A DNA stretch of 32,000 bases from Candidatus Moranella endobia PCIT (GTDB taxonomy: Bacteria; Pseudomonadota; Gammaproteobacteria; Enterobacterales; Enterobacteriaceae). The notes beneath the pieces were generated by a model that did no database searches, had not been told where the DNA came from, and worked only from the letters and a program-made list of their open reading frames with translations. Below are positions 21,108 through 32,000 of this stretch, one piece after another (position 1 is the first letter of the stretch; the number at the start of each line of letters is the position of its first letter). The stretch is from assembly GCF_000219175.1 (NCBI RefSeq), contig NC_015735.1, forward strand, positions 60,001 to 92,000, in the 5' to 3' direction. The translations under genes and the position numbers were made by a program.

Positions 21108-21782
21108 TTAGATTTCTTCTGGATTACGTAGATGGGTAACATTGATACGCTCACCATACTTACGTTGACGTTCCGAATCTATATTTGCACGGTATATGCC
21201 CTGATCACCAACCACCCAGGATAACGGACGACGTTCTTTGCTGATAGAATCTTTAAGTAGCAGTAGCGCTTGAATATATGCCTCAGGGCGTGGCGGACAT
21301 CCTGGAATATATACATCTACTGGTAGAAATTTATCTACTCCCTGTACTACGGAATAAATATCGTACATACCACCGGAATTGGCACAAGCTCCCATGGAAA
21401 TAACCCATTTGGGTTCCAGCATCTGGTCGTACAAACGCTGGATGATGGGAACCATCTTCGTAAAAGGCGTTCCAGCTACTACCATGAAATCTGCCTGCCG
21501 CGGTGAGGCACGTATAACTTCAGCTCCAAAGCGAGCAACGTCATGCACAGCGGTAAAAGCAGTAGTCATTTCAACATAGCAACAAGATAAACCAAAATTA
21601 TAGGGCCAAAGCGAATTACTGCGTCCCCAGTTCACAGCATTGTGCAGCACACTCTTCAACTTGCTTAAATAAACACTACTTTGAACATGTTGTTCCAGCG
21701 GATCTGCCACAATTTTCTCCTTTTGCAAAGGATATCGTTCATGGTTGCCTTCTGGCTCAGCGCGGGTGAGGGTGTAATCCAT
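21108..21782 (-). CDS. nuoB: NADH-quinone oxidoreductase subunit B
   Basis: MDYTLTR..P.G...RYPLQK..IV.DPLEQ.. and [103 protein letters not shown] match E. coli NuoB. Confidence 0.97.
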   Translation of the reverse strand: MDYTLTRAEPEGNHERYPLQKEKIVADPLEQHVQSSVYLSKLKSVLHNAVNWGRSNSLWPYNFGLSCCYVEMTTAFTAVHDVARFGAEVIRASPRQADFMVVAGTPFTKMVPIIQRLYDQMLEPKWVISMGACANSGGMYDIYSVVQGVDKFLPVDVYIPGCPPRPEAYIQALLLLKDSISKERRPLSWVVGDQGIYRANIDSERQRKYGERINVTHLRNPEEI

Positions 21783-21794
21783 TTTACAACCTCG

Positions 21795-22244
21795 CTATGA
21801 CTGATAAAAAGATTGTGAATTGCCAATTGGACATACTGAACGCCCTAGGCGCAACAACCTAGATCGTTCCGGCGTCCAATCAAGTGCACCAATACCAATC
21901 AAGTAAAATAAACCAGACAAAAGAATAACAATAAAGATTGTTGCCTCAATAAAACCAATCCAGCCTACTTCACGTACCGCAATGGACCAGGTATATAAAT
22001 ATAGTGCTTCAACGTCAAAAATAACAAAAAACATCGCTACTAAGTAGAATTTGGCGGGAAAAAGCAATCTTGCGGTTCCAAAAGGATCAATCCCAGATTC
22101 AAATGGTATGTTTTTTGTTCTTGCCTGGGCACGTCCACCTAGCAGAGAACCTAAAATGAGCATAACCGTACATAATCCAAACGTACTCAGAAAGAATATG
22201 ATAACAGCCCAAGAATGAATGTTAATAACTGTAGTTAGAGACAT
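21795..22244 (-). CDS. nuoA: NADH-quinone oxidoreductase subunit A
   Basis: KN.PFESGID..G.ARL...[22 protein letters not shown]...RE.GW.GF.EA.IF...LL.GL.YL...GALDWTP.RSR matches E. coli NuoA. It is the first gene of the operon. Confidence 0.95.
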   Translation of the reverse strand: MSLTTVINIHSWAVIIFFLSTFGLCTVMLILGSLLGGRAQARTKNIPFESGIDPFGTARLLFPAKFYLVAMFFVIFDVEALYLYTWSIAVREVGWIGFIEATIFIVILLSGLFYLIGIGALDWTPERSRLLRLGRSVCPIGNSQSFYQS

Positions 22245-22554
22245 TTTATGTTACCCATGTCAAATGACAATTTGAAGCTTATTATTTAACATTAACAATG
22301 TTAATGGTAAAAAAACTAATCTAAAAAAACATAATAAATGTGTAAACTAGCAATCGTTCGTCTAATTTTACTAATGTAACGAACAAAGACTATTAAAGCA
22401 GACTATAAATATTATTCTTACACTTATTTTTAACTAGCAGTAGATAAATTTTACGTTGAGTACTTTAAGTAGGTATCTAAAATAACTGTAGGTGGAATTG
22501 ATTGGCTACTGGGGACGAAGTCAGATAACGTTAAGCGAATAGTACTCCACGGTT

Positions 22555-22590
22555 AATATGCTAGCTAATACGCAGCATATTTTATTTCTG
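22555..22590 (+). terminator. orphan terminator-like hairpin plus T-rich tail in the nuoA-mreB spacer (no intact + strand gene upstream)
   Basis: AATATGCT (22555-22562) pairs with AGCATATT (22574-22581). The stem can extend by G64-C73 and C65-G72 past a 1-nt bulge. It is followed by TTATTTCTGTTTGCCGTTTT. The stem is AT-rich and therefore weak. Confidence 0.3.
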
Positions 22591-22854
22591 TTTGCCGTTT
22601 TAACCCTACCTAACTAAATATACCAGTCGAACTAGGTTAAAGACAAGTGGTTAACCTGTCCTCTACCAATTAAAGTTGATGGTTGATGAAAGATAAAAAT
22701 TTTGTTTACATAGATTGTATTTAGAACTTTACTTAAAAAGTTTTATTAAGACTACCTATGTCTTAGACGTCTACTACATTAGTAGTATTTTAACATGATG
22801 TACGAATATGTCAAGGTTACTATTTCTAGTGTTTGATACTTTAGGTAAATATAA

Positions 22855-23934
<1,080 letters not shown>

Positions 23935-23964
23935 ATAATATGTATCTAAACATAGAATAATAGT

Positions 23965-23988
23965 CCGAGCAAATATAGGCTTTGCCGG
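23965..23988 (+). promoter_or_regulatory. stem-loop in the mreB-mreC spacer (possible attenuator or processing structure)
   Basis: CCG(A)GCAAA (23965-23973) pairs with TTTGCCGG (23981-23988). That is 8 bp with one bulge and a 7-nt loop. A T-run (GTTTTGTT) follows after about 10 nt. Confidence 0.3.
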
Positions 23989-24022
23989 CGGGATATAGTT
24001 TTGTTAATAAAACGTATAGTGT

Positions 24023-24895
24023 ATGAAGTCTATTTTCAGCAGAGGTGCTTCTCTGCAACCGAGATTTTTGCTGACATTGATGATAGCTATTGTTGCCATC
24101 ATTGCCGATAGTAGGCTGTTAGTTAAAATCCGTACGGATACAGTTGTCAGTCCCTTCTTTTTGTTGGCAAAAAATTCGCGTCAGATGCTGGATAATGTTT
24201 TACAGACACTAGCGAACCGCACCCAAATGAAGCTAGAAAACCGTGCACTACGTCATGAGTTGCTATTTAAAAATAGTGAACTATTACTACTAGGTCAGTA
24301 TCAACAGGAAAATGCTTGGCTGAACGAACTACTGAGGTTCGCCCTGGCCCAAGAACACAAGATGATTACCAAAGTAATTACTGCCAGTACTGATCCTTAT
24401 AGTAATCAGTTAGTAATCGACAAGGGTATTGATAATGGCATTTATATCAGCCAACCAGTTATCAATAACAAAGGTGTGGTGGGACAGGTAATCTACGTAA
24501 GTAAGTTTACTAGTCGTGTATTGTTGATATGCGATGCATCTCACGCACTGCCAATACAAGTTCTACGTAACGGTATTCGCGTAATAATTACTGGCCATGG
24601 CTGTGCAGAAGAGTTAAAAATAGAGTATTTACCATATAATATCGATATTCGCGTTGGCGATATGCTAGTAACTTCTGGTTTAGATGGTTACTTCCTGGAA
24701 GGATATCCGGTAGCAGTAGTTTCATCGGTAAAAATTGATCCTCAACGCGCTTATACAGTTATTCATGCACGCCCAACTGCTAACCTACAGAGACTAAACT
24801 ATTTGCTGTTGTTATGGGATATAGATCATAGTAGCAAAGTGCCATATTACCCTTACAAAGGGCATAGGATAGTAGTTCATAACAGTTTGATATAA
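24023..24895 (+). CDS. mreC: rod-shape determining protein MreC (about 75 aa shorter than E. coli; low-complexity C-terminal tail absent)
   Basis: MK.IFSRG.SLQ.R..L......II.ADSRL, LENRALR.ELL.KNSELL.LGQY.QENA.L.ELL, SRVLLICDA.HALPIQVLRN.IRVI..G.GC...L..E.LP.N.DIRVGD.LVTSGL.G.F.EGYPVAVVSSVK.D.QRAYTVI.ARPTA.LQRL.YLLLLW are collinear with E. coli MreC. Confidence 0.93.
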   Translation: MKSIFSRGASLQPRFLLTLMIAIVAIIADSRLLVKIRTDTVVSPFFLLAKNSRQMLDNVLQTLANRTQMKLENRALRHELLFKNSELLLLGQYQQENAWLNELLRFALAQEHKMITKVITASTDPYSNQLVIDKGIDNGIYISQPVINNKGVVGQVIYVSKFTSRVLLICDASHALPIQVLRNGIRVIITGHGCAEELKIEYLPYNIDIRVGDMLVTSGLDGYFLEGYPVAVVSSVKIDPQRAYTVIHARPTANLQRLNYLLLLWDIDHSSKVPYYPYKGHRIVVHNSLI

Positions 24896-24957
24896 CTACT
24901 AATCAAATAGGTATTGCTGTAGCAGCTGCCTAACATAATAGGAATACACTACCAGCT

Positions 24958-25186
24958 ATGTGCGATGGCGCTAGACACTGATTCTGATATTGTTCTCATT
25001 GACCACTAAAACTAAGATGATAGTCTGCTGATAGTTGAATTTTTTTATTAATCTTTAATTTAACTAATGAATATTTTGGAACAGTTTTGTGGATGGCCTA
25101 TTATGGTATGGACTGTTTTTACTAAGGATCTTCTTAACAGAAGATCCTTAGTAAAACATATAGTAAATGTACAAATTAAGCAATAA
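24958..25186 (+). pseudogene. mreD: possible collapsed relic of mreD (N- and C-terminal scraps, about 300 bp missing)
   Basis: The expected mreD slot after mreC holds only 310 bp. The frames give YVRWR*TLILILFSLTT (compare MreD GRWVIWLSFLIALLLQ) and FCGWPIMVWTVFTKDLL (compare MreD NGVLWPWIFLLMRKV). These are short, weak matches in different frames. Confidence 0.25.
25117..25156. repeat. perfect 18-bp inverted repeat with a 4-nt loop, 50 nt downstream of the serS stop
   Basis: TTTTACTAAGGATCTTCT-TAAC-AGAAGATCCTTAGTAAAA, read directly. On both strands the T-run precedes the GC-containing core and the A-run follows it. It is therefore not a canonical intrinsic terminator in either direction. 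Confidence 0.9.
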
Positions 25187-25205
25187 TCAAGAAATAACTA
25201 GTCTT

Positions 25206-26498
25206 TTAACCAATATGAGTCAGACCGTTCATATACGACTGTATAACAACCGGTATTTTAATACGTCCATCTGCTAACTGATAGTTTTCCAGTACCGCCA
25301 TCAAAGTTCGACCAACAGCAAGTCCAGATCCGTTAAGGGTATGTACTAGCTGTAGTTTTTTTTTATGTTTGCTACGATAACGCACCTGCATACGGCGCGC
25401 CTGGAAATCACCTATATTAGAGCAGGAGGAAATTTCTCGGTAGGTATTTTGTGCGGGCAACCATACTTCAAGATCGTAAGTTTTGCAGGAAGCAAAACCC
25501 AGATCGCCAGTACACAGCAAGACTTTACGGTATGGTAACTGCAGCAATTGCAGCACCTTTTCGGCATGACCAGTTATCTCTTCTAGAGCTTGCATCGATT
25601 GTGACGGTTTCACTACTTGCACAATTTCTACTTTGTCGAACTGATGCATGCGAATTAGCCCGTGGGTATCGCGACCATAAGAGCCAGCTTCGTAGCGGAA
25701 ACACGGTGTATGTGCAGTCATTTTCAGCGGTAATATATTTTCTTCAATTATCTCATTGCGTCTTAAGTTAATTAACGGTACTTCCGCAGTTGGAATCAGA
25801 GCATAGGTATGGGTTTCAACTTCTTCACTGAAAGGCTGGGCATAAAATAGATCAGCAGCAAACTTCGGTAGTTGTCCAGTTCCGTATAATGAAGATTGAT
25901 TCGCTAGATAAGGTAGATAATGTTCAATATAGCCGTGTTGTTCAGTATGAAGATCCAACATGAACTGAGTTAAAGCCCGGTGTAAGCAGGCAATTTTACC
26001 TCGCATTACTACAAAACGTGAGCCAGTTAACTTCACCGCCGCGGCAAAATCTAGCCCGCCAGACATTTCACCCAACTCCACATGATCGCGAATGGGGAAA
26101 TCGTATTTTTGTTGTTCACCCCAGCGTGAAACCTCCAAATTATCATGTTCATTAAAGCCATCTGGCACATCATCGGAGGGTAGATTGGGCAAAGACAGCG
26201 CGTATTCAAGGATTTCGTTCTTTATACTTTCTAATGCTATTTTAGTAGTATTCAAACGAACACATAACTGATTGCTCTCTTGGCGCAGTGATTCTAGATC
26301 TTCACCACGATATTTAGCAGCACCGATTGCCTTAGAATATGCATTGCGTTTAGCTTGTAGATGTTCAGTTTCAACCTGGAGCACTTTGCGTTGCGCCTCT
26401 TGCTTACGCACGTAAGTTACATCAAGTTTGCATTTTCTTCGAGCTAATTTTTCCGTGACTACGTCTAGATCATTACGCAGTAAATGGGGATCAAGCAT
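25206..26498 (-). CDS. serS: seryl-tRNA synthetase
   Basis: 430 aa, as in E. coli Ser[96 protein letters not shown] and [23 protein letters not shown] are all present. Confidence 0.97.
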   Translation of the reverse strand: MLDPHLLRNDLDVVTEKLARRKCKLDVTYVRKQEAQRKVLQVETEHLQAKRNAYSKAIGAAKYRGEDLESLRQESNQLCVRLNTTKIALESIKNEILEYALSLPNLPSDDVPDGFNEHDNLEVSRWGEQQKYDFPIRDHVELGEMSGGLDFAAAVKLTGSRFVVMRGKIACLHRALTQFMLDLHTEQHGYIEHYLPYLANQSSLYGTGQLPKFAADLFYAQPFSEEVETHTYALIPTAEVPLINLRRNEIIEENILPLKMTAHTPCFRYEAGSYGRDTHGLIRMHQFDKVEIVQVVKPSQSMQALEEITGHAEKVLQLLQLPYRKVLLCTGDLGFASCKTYDLEVWLPAQNTYREISSCSNIGDFQARRMQVRYRSKHKKKLQLVHTLNGSGLAVGRTLMAVLENYQLADGRIKIPVVIQSYMNGLTHIG

Positions 26499-26938
26499 GC
26501 TAGTCCTATAATGATGATTATTAGATGTGCGATTACACTATAAAGTTATAGCAGTGCTCAGTTCCGAGCGGCGGATACTAATCCATAATTTTTTAAATGC
26601 TACCGTAACCGTGAGTTTTGTAGCTTGTGAATAGGTAATTTCATCTCGTGCGACTAGATAAGCAATATTCTTAACTTTGTATTTTCTAGCCCGTACCTTG
26701 TTGATAAATCAGTAAAGCAAAATGGTCTGGTCAAATATAATTAATCAGAACTATTTTACATGGCAAGGTAATCATTCTAAATATTATACAATAATAAGCA
26801 AAAAATTAATAAATAAATCTCGGCTCTATATGACTTGAGTTATTATATTAGATAAATATACCTCCATCAAAAAGAGCAAAAAACAATAACAAAGGGTGCT
26901 ATCACACCATACCATTTTCACATTATTGGTAAGCTGAT

Positions 26939-29900
26939 TCAGCCAGTGATTTGTGCATGCATTTCCTGCAACGAAATAACTTGCGCAGTGGCATCGGCGT
27001 CCAGAGACATCACAGTAGCTAATCCACCATTTAAAGTAGTATCATAATGCACTTTATACTGCAAAGCACTACGACGAATTAGTTTCGAATCCTCTATTGC
27101 CTGACGACCGGAGGTTGTATTAATAATGTAGCTGTATTCACCGTTTTTTATTCTATCCTGAATATGTGGTCGTCCTTCATGAACTTTATTAACTAAACGC
27201 GAGTTGATACCAGATTCACCTAGAATCATTGCCGTGCCATAGGTAGCATCTATCTTAAAGCCGTGTTTAATAAGCTTAGTCGCTAAATCCACCACTCGAG
27301 CTTTATCATTATCACGAACAGATAATAGCGCGCGACCACTGTGCTCCATGCGAGACTGAATACCGAGCATTGCCTTGGCAAAGGCTTCAGAAAAAGTACG
27401 GCCAACTCCCATCACTTCACCAGTAGAACGCATTTCTGGCCCTAGGATAGGATCAACTTCAGGAAATTTATAAAACGGTAGTACCACCTCTTTCACGGAG
27501 TAGTAAGGTGGTATGATTTCACGTGTTACACCCTGTTCTGCGAGTGATTTACCAACCATAACCCGTGCAGCTACTTTTGCCAAAGCTACGCCAGTAGCTT
27601 TGGACAAAAATGGTATCGTGCGCGCGGCGCGTGGGTTGACCTCAATTAGGTACACTTCATGGTTTTTCACCGCGAACTGAACATTTATCAAGCCCTTGAC
27701 TTGCAGCTCAATAGCAATTTTTTCTACTTGCTGGCGCATAACATTTTGAATTTCATGGTTTAGCGTGTACGCTGGTAATGAACAAGCAGAGTCACCAGAG
27801 TGCACACCAGCCTGCTCAATATGTTCCATAATGCCGCCGATGAGCAAGTTTTCACCATCGTAAACTGCGTCTACATCTACTTCTACCGCATCATCTAGGA
27901 AACGGTCAAGCAATACCGGTGCATTGTTAGATACTTGAATCGCACTATTGAAGTAGCGCAGTAGATCCGTGTCGTCGTAGACGATTTCCATTGCTCTGCC
28001 GCCAAGAACGTAAGAAGGACGAACAACCAGTGGATAACCGATATTGGCGGCTTCTTCTAATGCTTGTTCAATAGTTGTGACTGTAGTATTAGCTGGTTGT
28101 TTTAACCCCAACCGCTCGACCAACTGCTGGAAACGCCCCCGGTCTTCTGCTTGGTCTATAGAATCAGGGCTGGTGCCAATTACTGGTACACCGAAAGCTT
28201 CCAGCGCGCTAGCTAATCTTAGCGGTGTTTGGCCGCCGTACTGTACAATAATGCCATGGGGCTTTTCGATACGAACAATTTCTAGGACGTCTTCTAACGT
28301 TACTGGTTCAAAGTAAAGACGATCTGAAGTATCGTAATCGGTTGACACTGTTTCAGGGTTACAGTTTACCATGATTATTTCGTAACCGTTTTCTCGCAAC
28401 GCCAATGAAGCGTGTACACAGCAGTAGTCAAACTCAATGCCTTGACCTATTCGGTTCGGACCACCACCTAGCACCATAATTTTTTGTCGATCTGTATGTG
28501 GCTTAGATTCACATTCTGCTTCATAGGTTGAGTACATATAGGCAGTATCGGTAGCGAATTCGGCAGCGCAGGTATCGACACGTTTATACACTGGGTGTAA
28601 ATTATAGCTTTCGCGCAATTTACGAATGTCAGCTTCTGAAATACCAACTAAAGTTGCTAACCGCGCATCGGAAAAGCCTTTACTTTTTAACTTACTAAGA
28701 TAATCGGCGCTAAGGGCAGTAACACCACGCTCTACCAAATCGTTTTCAAATATGACCAACTCCTCAATTTGCACTAGGAACCAACGGTCGATATGAGTCA
28801 AGTTAAATACCGCCTCGACAGACATGCCAAAGCGGAAAGCATCTGCTATATACCATATGCGTCTACTTCCCGCGTCTTTTAGCTCGCGCCTTATAGTAAT
28901 CAAAGCTTCAGGATCATCACGGTTGACGACTGGATCGAAACCGCTAGCGCCTACTTCCAGTCCGCGCAGTGCTTTTTGTAGCGACTCTTGCTGGGTGCGA
29001 CCAATAGCCATGACTTCGCCCACAGATTTCATCTGAGTAGTCAGACGGTCATTGGTACCAGCGAGTTTCTCAAAGTTGAATCGTGGAATTTTAGTAACAA
29101 CGTAATCAATCGACGGTTCGAAAGAGGCAGGCGTGCGGCCACCGTTGATGTCATTCAACAACTCATCAAGAGTATACCCAACAGCCAATTTAGTTGCCAC
29201 TTTGGCGATAGGGAAACCGGTAGCCTTAGAAGCAAGTGCTGAGGAGCGAGAAACACGAGGGTTCATCTCAATAATTACAAGACGTCCCGTGTTTGGATTG
29301 ACTGCAAATTGAACGTTAGATCCACCAGTTTCGACACCAATTTCACGTAATACCGCCATGGCTGCATTACGCATAATTTGGTATTCTTTATCACTCAGGG
29401 TTTGCGCTGGCGCTACAGTTATAGAGTCTCCGGTGTGTATGCCCATTGGATCAACATTTTCAATAGAACAAACTATAATGCAGTTATCTTTTTTATCGCG
29501 CATCACTTCCAATTCATATTCTTTCCAACCAATAAGCGATTCATCAATTATCAGTTCGGTGGTAGGTGACAGATCCAGACCACGCTCGCAAATCTTCTCA
29601 AACTCTTCGCTATTATAGGCAATACCACCACCGGTTCCACCCATAGTGAAGGACGGGCGTATAATGCATGGAAATTCAACAGTTTTCGCCACTGCAAATG
29701 CTTCATCCATGGTATGGGCAATTCCGGAGCGGGCAGTTTCTAGACCAATTTTTTTCATCGCCTGAGCAAATTGCTGACGGTCTTCCGCTTTATTGATTGC
29801 GTTAGCAGTAGCGCCGATCATTTCTACACAAAACTCGGTCAACACCCCCGTTCTCTCTAGTTCGAGCGAACAGTTTAGCGCCGTCTGGCCACCCATAGTC

Positions 29901-30163
29901 GGTAACAACGCATCTGGCCGCTCTTTTGCAATAATTTTACGAACTATTTCCCAATTAATTGGCTCAATATAAGTAGCATCAGCTATATCAGGATCGGTCA
30001 TAATAGTGGCAGGGTTAGAATTAACTAACACTACGCGATAGCCCTCTTCGCGTAGAGCTTTGCAAGCTTGAGTACCAGAATAATCAAATTCGCACGCCTG
30101 GCCGATAATGATTGGGCCGGCGCCCAGGATCAGGATTTTGTTTAGATCGATACGTTTTGGCAT
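26939..30163 (-). CDS. carB: carbamoyl-phosphate synthase large subunit
   Basis: 1074 aa, collinear with E. coli CarB from MPKR.D...[46 protein letters not shown] to ..SLQEMHAQI. Both ATP-grasp halves are present. Confidence 0.98.
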   Translation of the reverse strand: MPKRIDLNKILILGAGPIIIGQACEFDYSGTQACKALREEGYRVVLVNSNPATIMTDPDIADATYIEPINWEIVRKIIAKERPDALLPTMGGQTALNCSLELERTGVLTEFCVEMIGATANAINKAEDRQQFAQAMKKIGLETARSGIAHTMDEAFAVAKTVEFPCIIRPSFTMGGTGGGIAYNSEEFEKICERGLDLSPTTELIIDESLIGWKEYELEVMRDKKDNCIIVCSIENVDPMGIHTGDSITVAPAQTLSDKEYQIMRNAAMAVLREIGVETGGSNVQFAVNPNTGRLVIIEMNPRVSRSSALASKATGFPIAKVATKLAVGYTLDELLNDINGGRTPASFEPSIDYVVTKIPRFNFEKLAGTNDRLTTQMKSVGEVMAIGRTQQESLQKALRGLEVGASGFDPVVNRDDPEALITIRRELKDAGSRRIWYIADAFRFGMSVEAVFNLTHIDRWFLVQIEELVIFENDLVERGVTALSADYLSKLKSKGFSDARLATLVGISEADIRKLRESYNLHPVYKRVDTCAAEFATDTAYMYSTYEAECESKPHTDRQKIMVLGGGPNRIGQGIEFDYCCVHASLALRENGYEIIMVNCNPETVSTDYDTSDRLYFEPVTLEDVLEIVRIEKPHGIIVQYGGQTPLRLASALEAFGVPVIGTSPDSIDQAEDRGRFQQLVERLGLKQPANTTVTTIEQALEEAANIGYPLVVRPSYVLGGRAMEIVYDDTDLLRYFNSAIQVSNNAPVLLDRFLDDAVEVDVDAVYDGENLLIGGIMEHIEQAGVHSGDSACSLPAYTLNHEIQNVMRQQVEKIAIELQVKGLINVQFAVKNHEVYLIEVNPRAARTIPFLSKATGVALAKVAARVMVGKSLAEQGVTREIIPPYYSVKEVVLPFYKFPEVDPILGPEMRSTGEVMGVGRTFSEAFAKAMLGIQSRMEHSGRALLSVRDNDKARVVDLATKLIKHGFKIDATYGTAMILGESGINSRLVNKVHEGRPHIQDRIKNGEYSYIINTTSGRQAIEDSKLIRRSALQYKVHYDTTLNGGLATVMSLDADATAQVISLQEMHAQITG

Positions 30164-30227
30164 CTCATACTCTTGATACGTTATGTGTCAAATTAAGGAA
30201 GGAAGATGGTCTATATATGAGCTGATC

Positions 30228-31373
30228 TCAAATAGTAGGCTGTAAGCGATAAGAACTGATGAGATCAATAAAATGGTTAAATAATGGCGAGGCATCCTGT
30301 GGTCCAGGACTAGCTTCGGGATGACCCTGAAAACTGAATGCTGGCTTATCTATGCGGTGTAAACCCTGTAGCGTGCCATCAAAAAGTGACTTATGGGTTA
30401 CCCTGAGCATTACTGGTAGTGTCTTTTCCTCTACCGCAAAACCATGGTTCTGGGCGGTAATCATTACTCTGTCCGTATCCAAATCTTTTACCGGATGATT
30501 ACTACCGTGGTGACCAAACTGCAGCTTAACTGTCTTAGCACCGCTTGCCAAAGCGAGTAATTGATGGCCTAGGCAAATACCAAATATTGGAATTTCGGTA
30601 GTAAGAAAAGTTTTGATAGCATTAACCGCGTAATCGCATGATTCGGGATCGCCCGGACCATTGGACAAAAAAATACCATCAGGATTCATCATGAGAACAG
30701 TTTTAGGTGGAGTTTGCGCTGGAACGACAGTTAAATGACACCCTCGATCAACTAGCATGCGCATTATATTGCGTTTAATACCATAGTCATAGGCAACTAC
30801 ATGATAAGGTAAGTTAGTCGATGGCAAAGGCAATCCACCGTCCAGAGTCCAACTACCTTGGGTCCAGCTATACTGCTCGGTAGTACTAACTTCTTTCGCC
30901 AGGTCCATACCTTTAAGACCAGGAAAGGCGCGCGCTTTGCGCAGCGCTAGTTGCGTATCCAGGTGCTTACCCGCAATAACGCAACCATGTTGTGTCCCCT
31001 TTTCTCGTAGATAACGAGTCAGCTTACGAGTATCAATATCAGCAATACTGACAATATTTTGCTGCTTTAAATAAGCAGATAAAGACATAGTATCCCGAAA
31101 ATTACTAGTAATGAGCGGCAAATCACGGATCACTAAAGCACGTGCCTGCACTCGGGATGATTCGTTGTCGGCTTCATTTGTACCAACATTGCCAATATGG
31201 GGATAAGTAAGAGTAACAATTTGGTTAGAATATGAAGGATCAGTAAGAATTTCTTGATAGCCAGTGATTGATGTATTAAAAACTACTTCCCCAACCACTA
31301 TACCATCTACACCAATGGAACGACCATGAAATTCAGTTCCATCTTCCATAACTAACAGCGCCGACTTGATCAA
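30228..31373 (-). CDS. carA: carbamoyl-phosphate synthase small (glutaminase) subunit, TTG start
   Basis: (M)[56 protein letters not shown] and the catalytic [12 protein letters not shown] and HGFAV are present. Two tandem TTG codons lie at 31376 and 31373. The second matches the known E. coli UUG start (MIKSALL) and sits 7 nt from the SD GGGGAGG (31387-31381). Confidence 0.95.
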   Translation of the reverse strand: MIKSALLVMEDGTEFHGRSIGVDGIVVGEVVFNTSITGYQEILTDPSYSNQIVTLTYPHIGNVGTNEADNESSRVQARALVIRDLPLITSNFRDTMSLSAYLKQQNIVSIADIDTRKLTRYLREKGTQHGCVIAGKHLDTQLALRKARAFPGLKGMDLAKEVSTTEQYSWTQGSWTLDGGLPLPSTNLPYHVVAYDYGIKRNIMRMLVDRGCHLTVVPAQTPPKTVLMMNPDGIFLSNGPGDPESCDYAVNAIKTFLTTEIPIFGICLGHQLLALASGAKTVKLQFGHHGSNHPVKDLDTDRVMITAQNHGFAVEEKTLPVMLRVTHKSLFDGTLQGLHRIDKPAFSFQGHPEASPGPQDASPLFNHFIDLISSYRLQPTI

Positions 31374-31583
31374 CAAACATCCTCCCCTGTAACTGTTACA
31401 TTACTTTATATCATATTTCTTTCATTGTTTTCTAAAAAGATCATGTTAGAAATTGGTCATGCGACACTTAAATAAATCAGATAAACTTTTAGCAATCGTT
31501 TTATAGTGTTACGTTATAATATGCAATACCTTAGATACTAAAAATTAAAATGTATAATAAAAAAGTGTTTCAGAAAAACTGGC

Positions 31584-32000
<417 letters not shown>

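Noticed and set aside
22258-22306. Palindromes upstream of nuoA (TGTCA-AA-TGACA at 22258-22269; CATTAACA-A-TGTTAATG at 22290-22306) as operator sites
   Set aside because: These are short AT-rich palindromes in an AT-rich spacer. They match no FNR, ArcA or NarL consensus that I know. The chance expectation is not negligible.
22623-22675. Functional tRNA gene
   Set aside because: The acceptor stem and the 3' T-stem cannot be formed, and the anticodon loop violates purine-37. I report it only as a relic.
26520-26650. rarA (mgsA) C-terminal relic upstream of serS
   Set aside because: The ungapped by-eye alignment gives only about 4 identities in 30 residues, which is indistinguishable from chance without a proper search.
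28044-29618. Several + strand ORFs of 63-90 aa inside carB, and similar ones inside nuoL, nuoM, nuoF, nuoCD, nuoB, mreB and serS
   Set aside because: They are antisense to highly conserved genes and have no independent support.

Overview
This window reads as core chromosome of an Enterobacterales-type gammaproteobacterium. Its products align by eye, nearly residue for residue, with E. coli Dut, L28, L33, Fpg, DnaX, Adk, NuoA-N, MreB/MreC, SerS, CarA/CarB and DapB. The genome looks host-restricted and eroding. I cannot name the organism. I call 25 apparently intact CDS: dut, rpmB, rpmG, mutM, dnaX, adk, the complete 13-gene nuo operon with fused nuoCD, mreB, mreC, serS, carB, carA and a partial dapB. 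There are also gene relics: speG and slmA are clear, coaD is moderate, and coaBC, radC and mreD are weak. Spacers are oversized and visibly AT-rich. Seven E. coli synteny blocks are joined with no mobile element at any junction. I saw no rRNA, intact tRNA, CRISPR array, IS/transposase, phage, defence or toxin-antitoxin genes. I did not find a convincing novel multi-gene system, and the window is best described as ordinary housekeeping DNA undergoing reductive evolution. The most interesting signals are in dnaX. A 1-nt insertion creates a TAA 40 codons before the conserved end, while the alpha-binding tail stays perfectly open in the +1 frame. An A9 run also sits exactly at the position homologous to the E. 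coli tau/gamma programmed frameshift site. Other points worth a second look are loss of slmA and probably mreD while mreB/mreC stay intact, erosion of CoA genes (coaBC, coaD), collapse of ybaB-recR-htpG, an 18-bp perfect inverted repeat after serS, and a tRNA-like relic plus an orphan terminator-like hairpin in the nuoA-mreB spacer. All homology statements are by-eye alignments to remembered E. coli sequences and need BLAST/HMM confirmation.
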